From: Squalus acanthias
Lineage: Eukaryota
NCBI GenBank assembly: GCA_030390025.1
Contig: CM059432.1
Location: 142,044,001 to 142,108,000 of the forward strand
Direction of reading: 5' to 3'
DNA: 64,000 bases
A program made the position numbers and the translations under genes. Below the pieces are notes generated by a model. That model saw only the letters and a list, made by a program, of their open reading frames with translations, did not search any database and was not told where the DNA came from. How positions within the stretch are numbered: position 1 is the first letter of the stretch; every line of letters begins with the position of its first letter. Below, one piece after another: positions 63,079 to 64,000 of the stretch.

Positions 63079-63114
63079 TACAAGCTTTCGGAGCTGTCGC
63101 TCCTTCTTCAGGTA
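63079..63114 (-). ncRNA. Minimal hammerhead ribozyme motif in a PLE terminal fragment (63034-63114)
   Basis: Minus strand UAC-CUGAAGA-A-GGAGC(GACA)GCUCC-GAAA-GC-UU-GUA: intact core, perfect stem II, 3-bp stem I. Activity not shown. Confidence 0.72.
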
Positions 63115-63224
63115 GGGTAGCTGTGAGAGAATCTCCCAGAATTCACAATATAAACACAGAAAAAATGTATTCAAATCTTTCCCTACATCAAAGACACACA
63201 TTAATACTGAGTACACAACAGTTT

Positions 63225-63570
63225 GTGTGTGTGTCTTTCTCTGTCTATCTGCCATGCGTGTGTGTATGTCTTTACCTCTCTCTCTACCGCAATCTCTCTT
63301 TCTCTACCTCACTTTCTCTCTCTCTCCTTAACCTCTGTCTCTCTCTCTCCCTAACCTCTGTCTCTCTGTTCCTAACTATCTTTCTTCCTCCCCCTCTCTA
63401 TCTTCTCTCTCTCTCTCTCCCTAACCTCTGCCTCTTCTCTCTCCCAAACCTGTCTGTCCCTGTCTGTCTCCCTAACCTGTCTGTGTGTGTCTCTCTCTCT
63501 CTAACCTCTGTCTGTCTCTCTATACTCTATCTGTCTCTCTATACCTAATCTCTGTCTCTGTCTCTCTACC
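63225..63570. repeat. (CT/GT)-rich low-complexity array with recurring CCTAACCTCTGTCT
   Basis: Seen directly. Confidence 0.8.
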
Positions 63571-64000
63571 TTATATAGAAAGAGATCGATCATATTATTG
63601 CTAGTATATTCTAGATTGATGAATTGTGGAAAGAAAATTTGGAGACAACTTAGGGGTATGTATTAACAATAGACTTCTAACTAGGAGTTTTTAATTATCC
63701 AAAAATAGACTAGGATATGGAAGATGTTTGTGGTGAGTGTTTTATTTTGCAGTGCTTTCAGGACTATTTTCTCAACCAATATTTTGCAAAGAAGCCACTC
63801 CCTCGACCTTGTGATGGTTTGTGGCCTTTCCACTCTGTAACCTTAATACATAGCGAGGCTGTCTCTGACTATTGCTCGTCTCCCTTATACCCTAGCTATC
63901 TGTCCCTGGAGAATTTCTTCCCAGCTATCTCTCTAATTCACTCTCCAACTCCCAATTTATTCTCTTCTGGCCCTGAATGGACTTCTAATTAAATGCCTGC

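Noticed and set aside
63340..63510. CCCTAACC as an interstitial telomeric repeat
   Set aside because: Isolated motifs inside a CT-rich repeat; no tandem (CCCTAA)n.

Overview
Repeat-rich eukaryotic DNA, almost certainly from a cartilaginous fish (shark), judged from its SacSINE1-like Deu-SINEs, shark-type CR1/L2 LINEs and Harbinger elements. The window holds the 5' part of a TOPAZ1 ortholog on the + strand: 11 GT-AG exons from 32850 to 62878 that splice in phase into 1093 uninterrupted codons, with the gene continuing past the window. About 12 kb upstream, on the same strand, is a mir-138-1 hairpin (20555-20629) whose base abuts a predicted 5' splice site. The rest is a 26/27-bp AT-rich satellite (1-~6270), a decayed two-gene Harbinger transposon (Myb/SANT gene plus DDE transposase) inserted in a 35-bp minisatellite, related MITEs, a Tigger/pogo-like MITE, many CR1/L2/Tx1 LINE pieces, SINEs and a 200-N assembly gap. 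The most notable extra signals are: (i) TSD-flanked, often fold-back Penelope-like mini-insertions, some carrying minimal hammerhead-ribozyme motifs; (ii) a single-ORF CR1-like LINE with a tRNA-type (Pol III A/B box) head; (iii) a 1.3-kb composite insert in that LINE, flanked by a 19-bp duplication, which looks like a CR1-mediated transduction; (iv) the splice-site-abutting miR-138. All family assignments come from recognised motifs, not from database searches.
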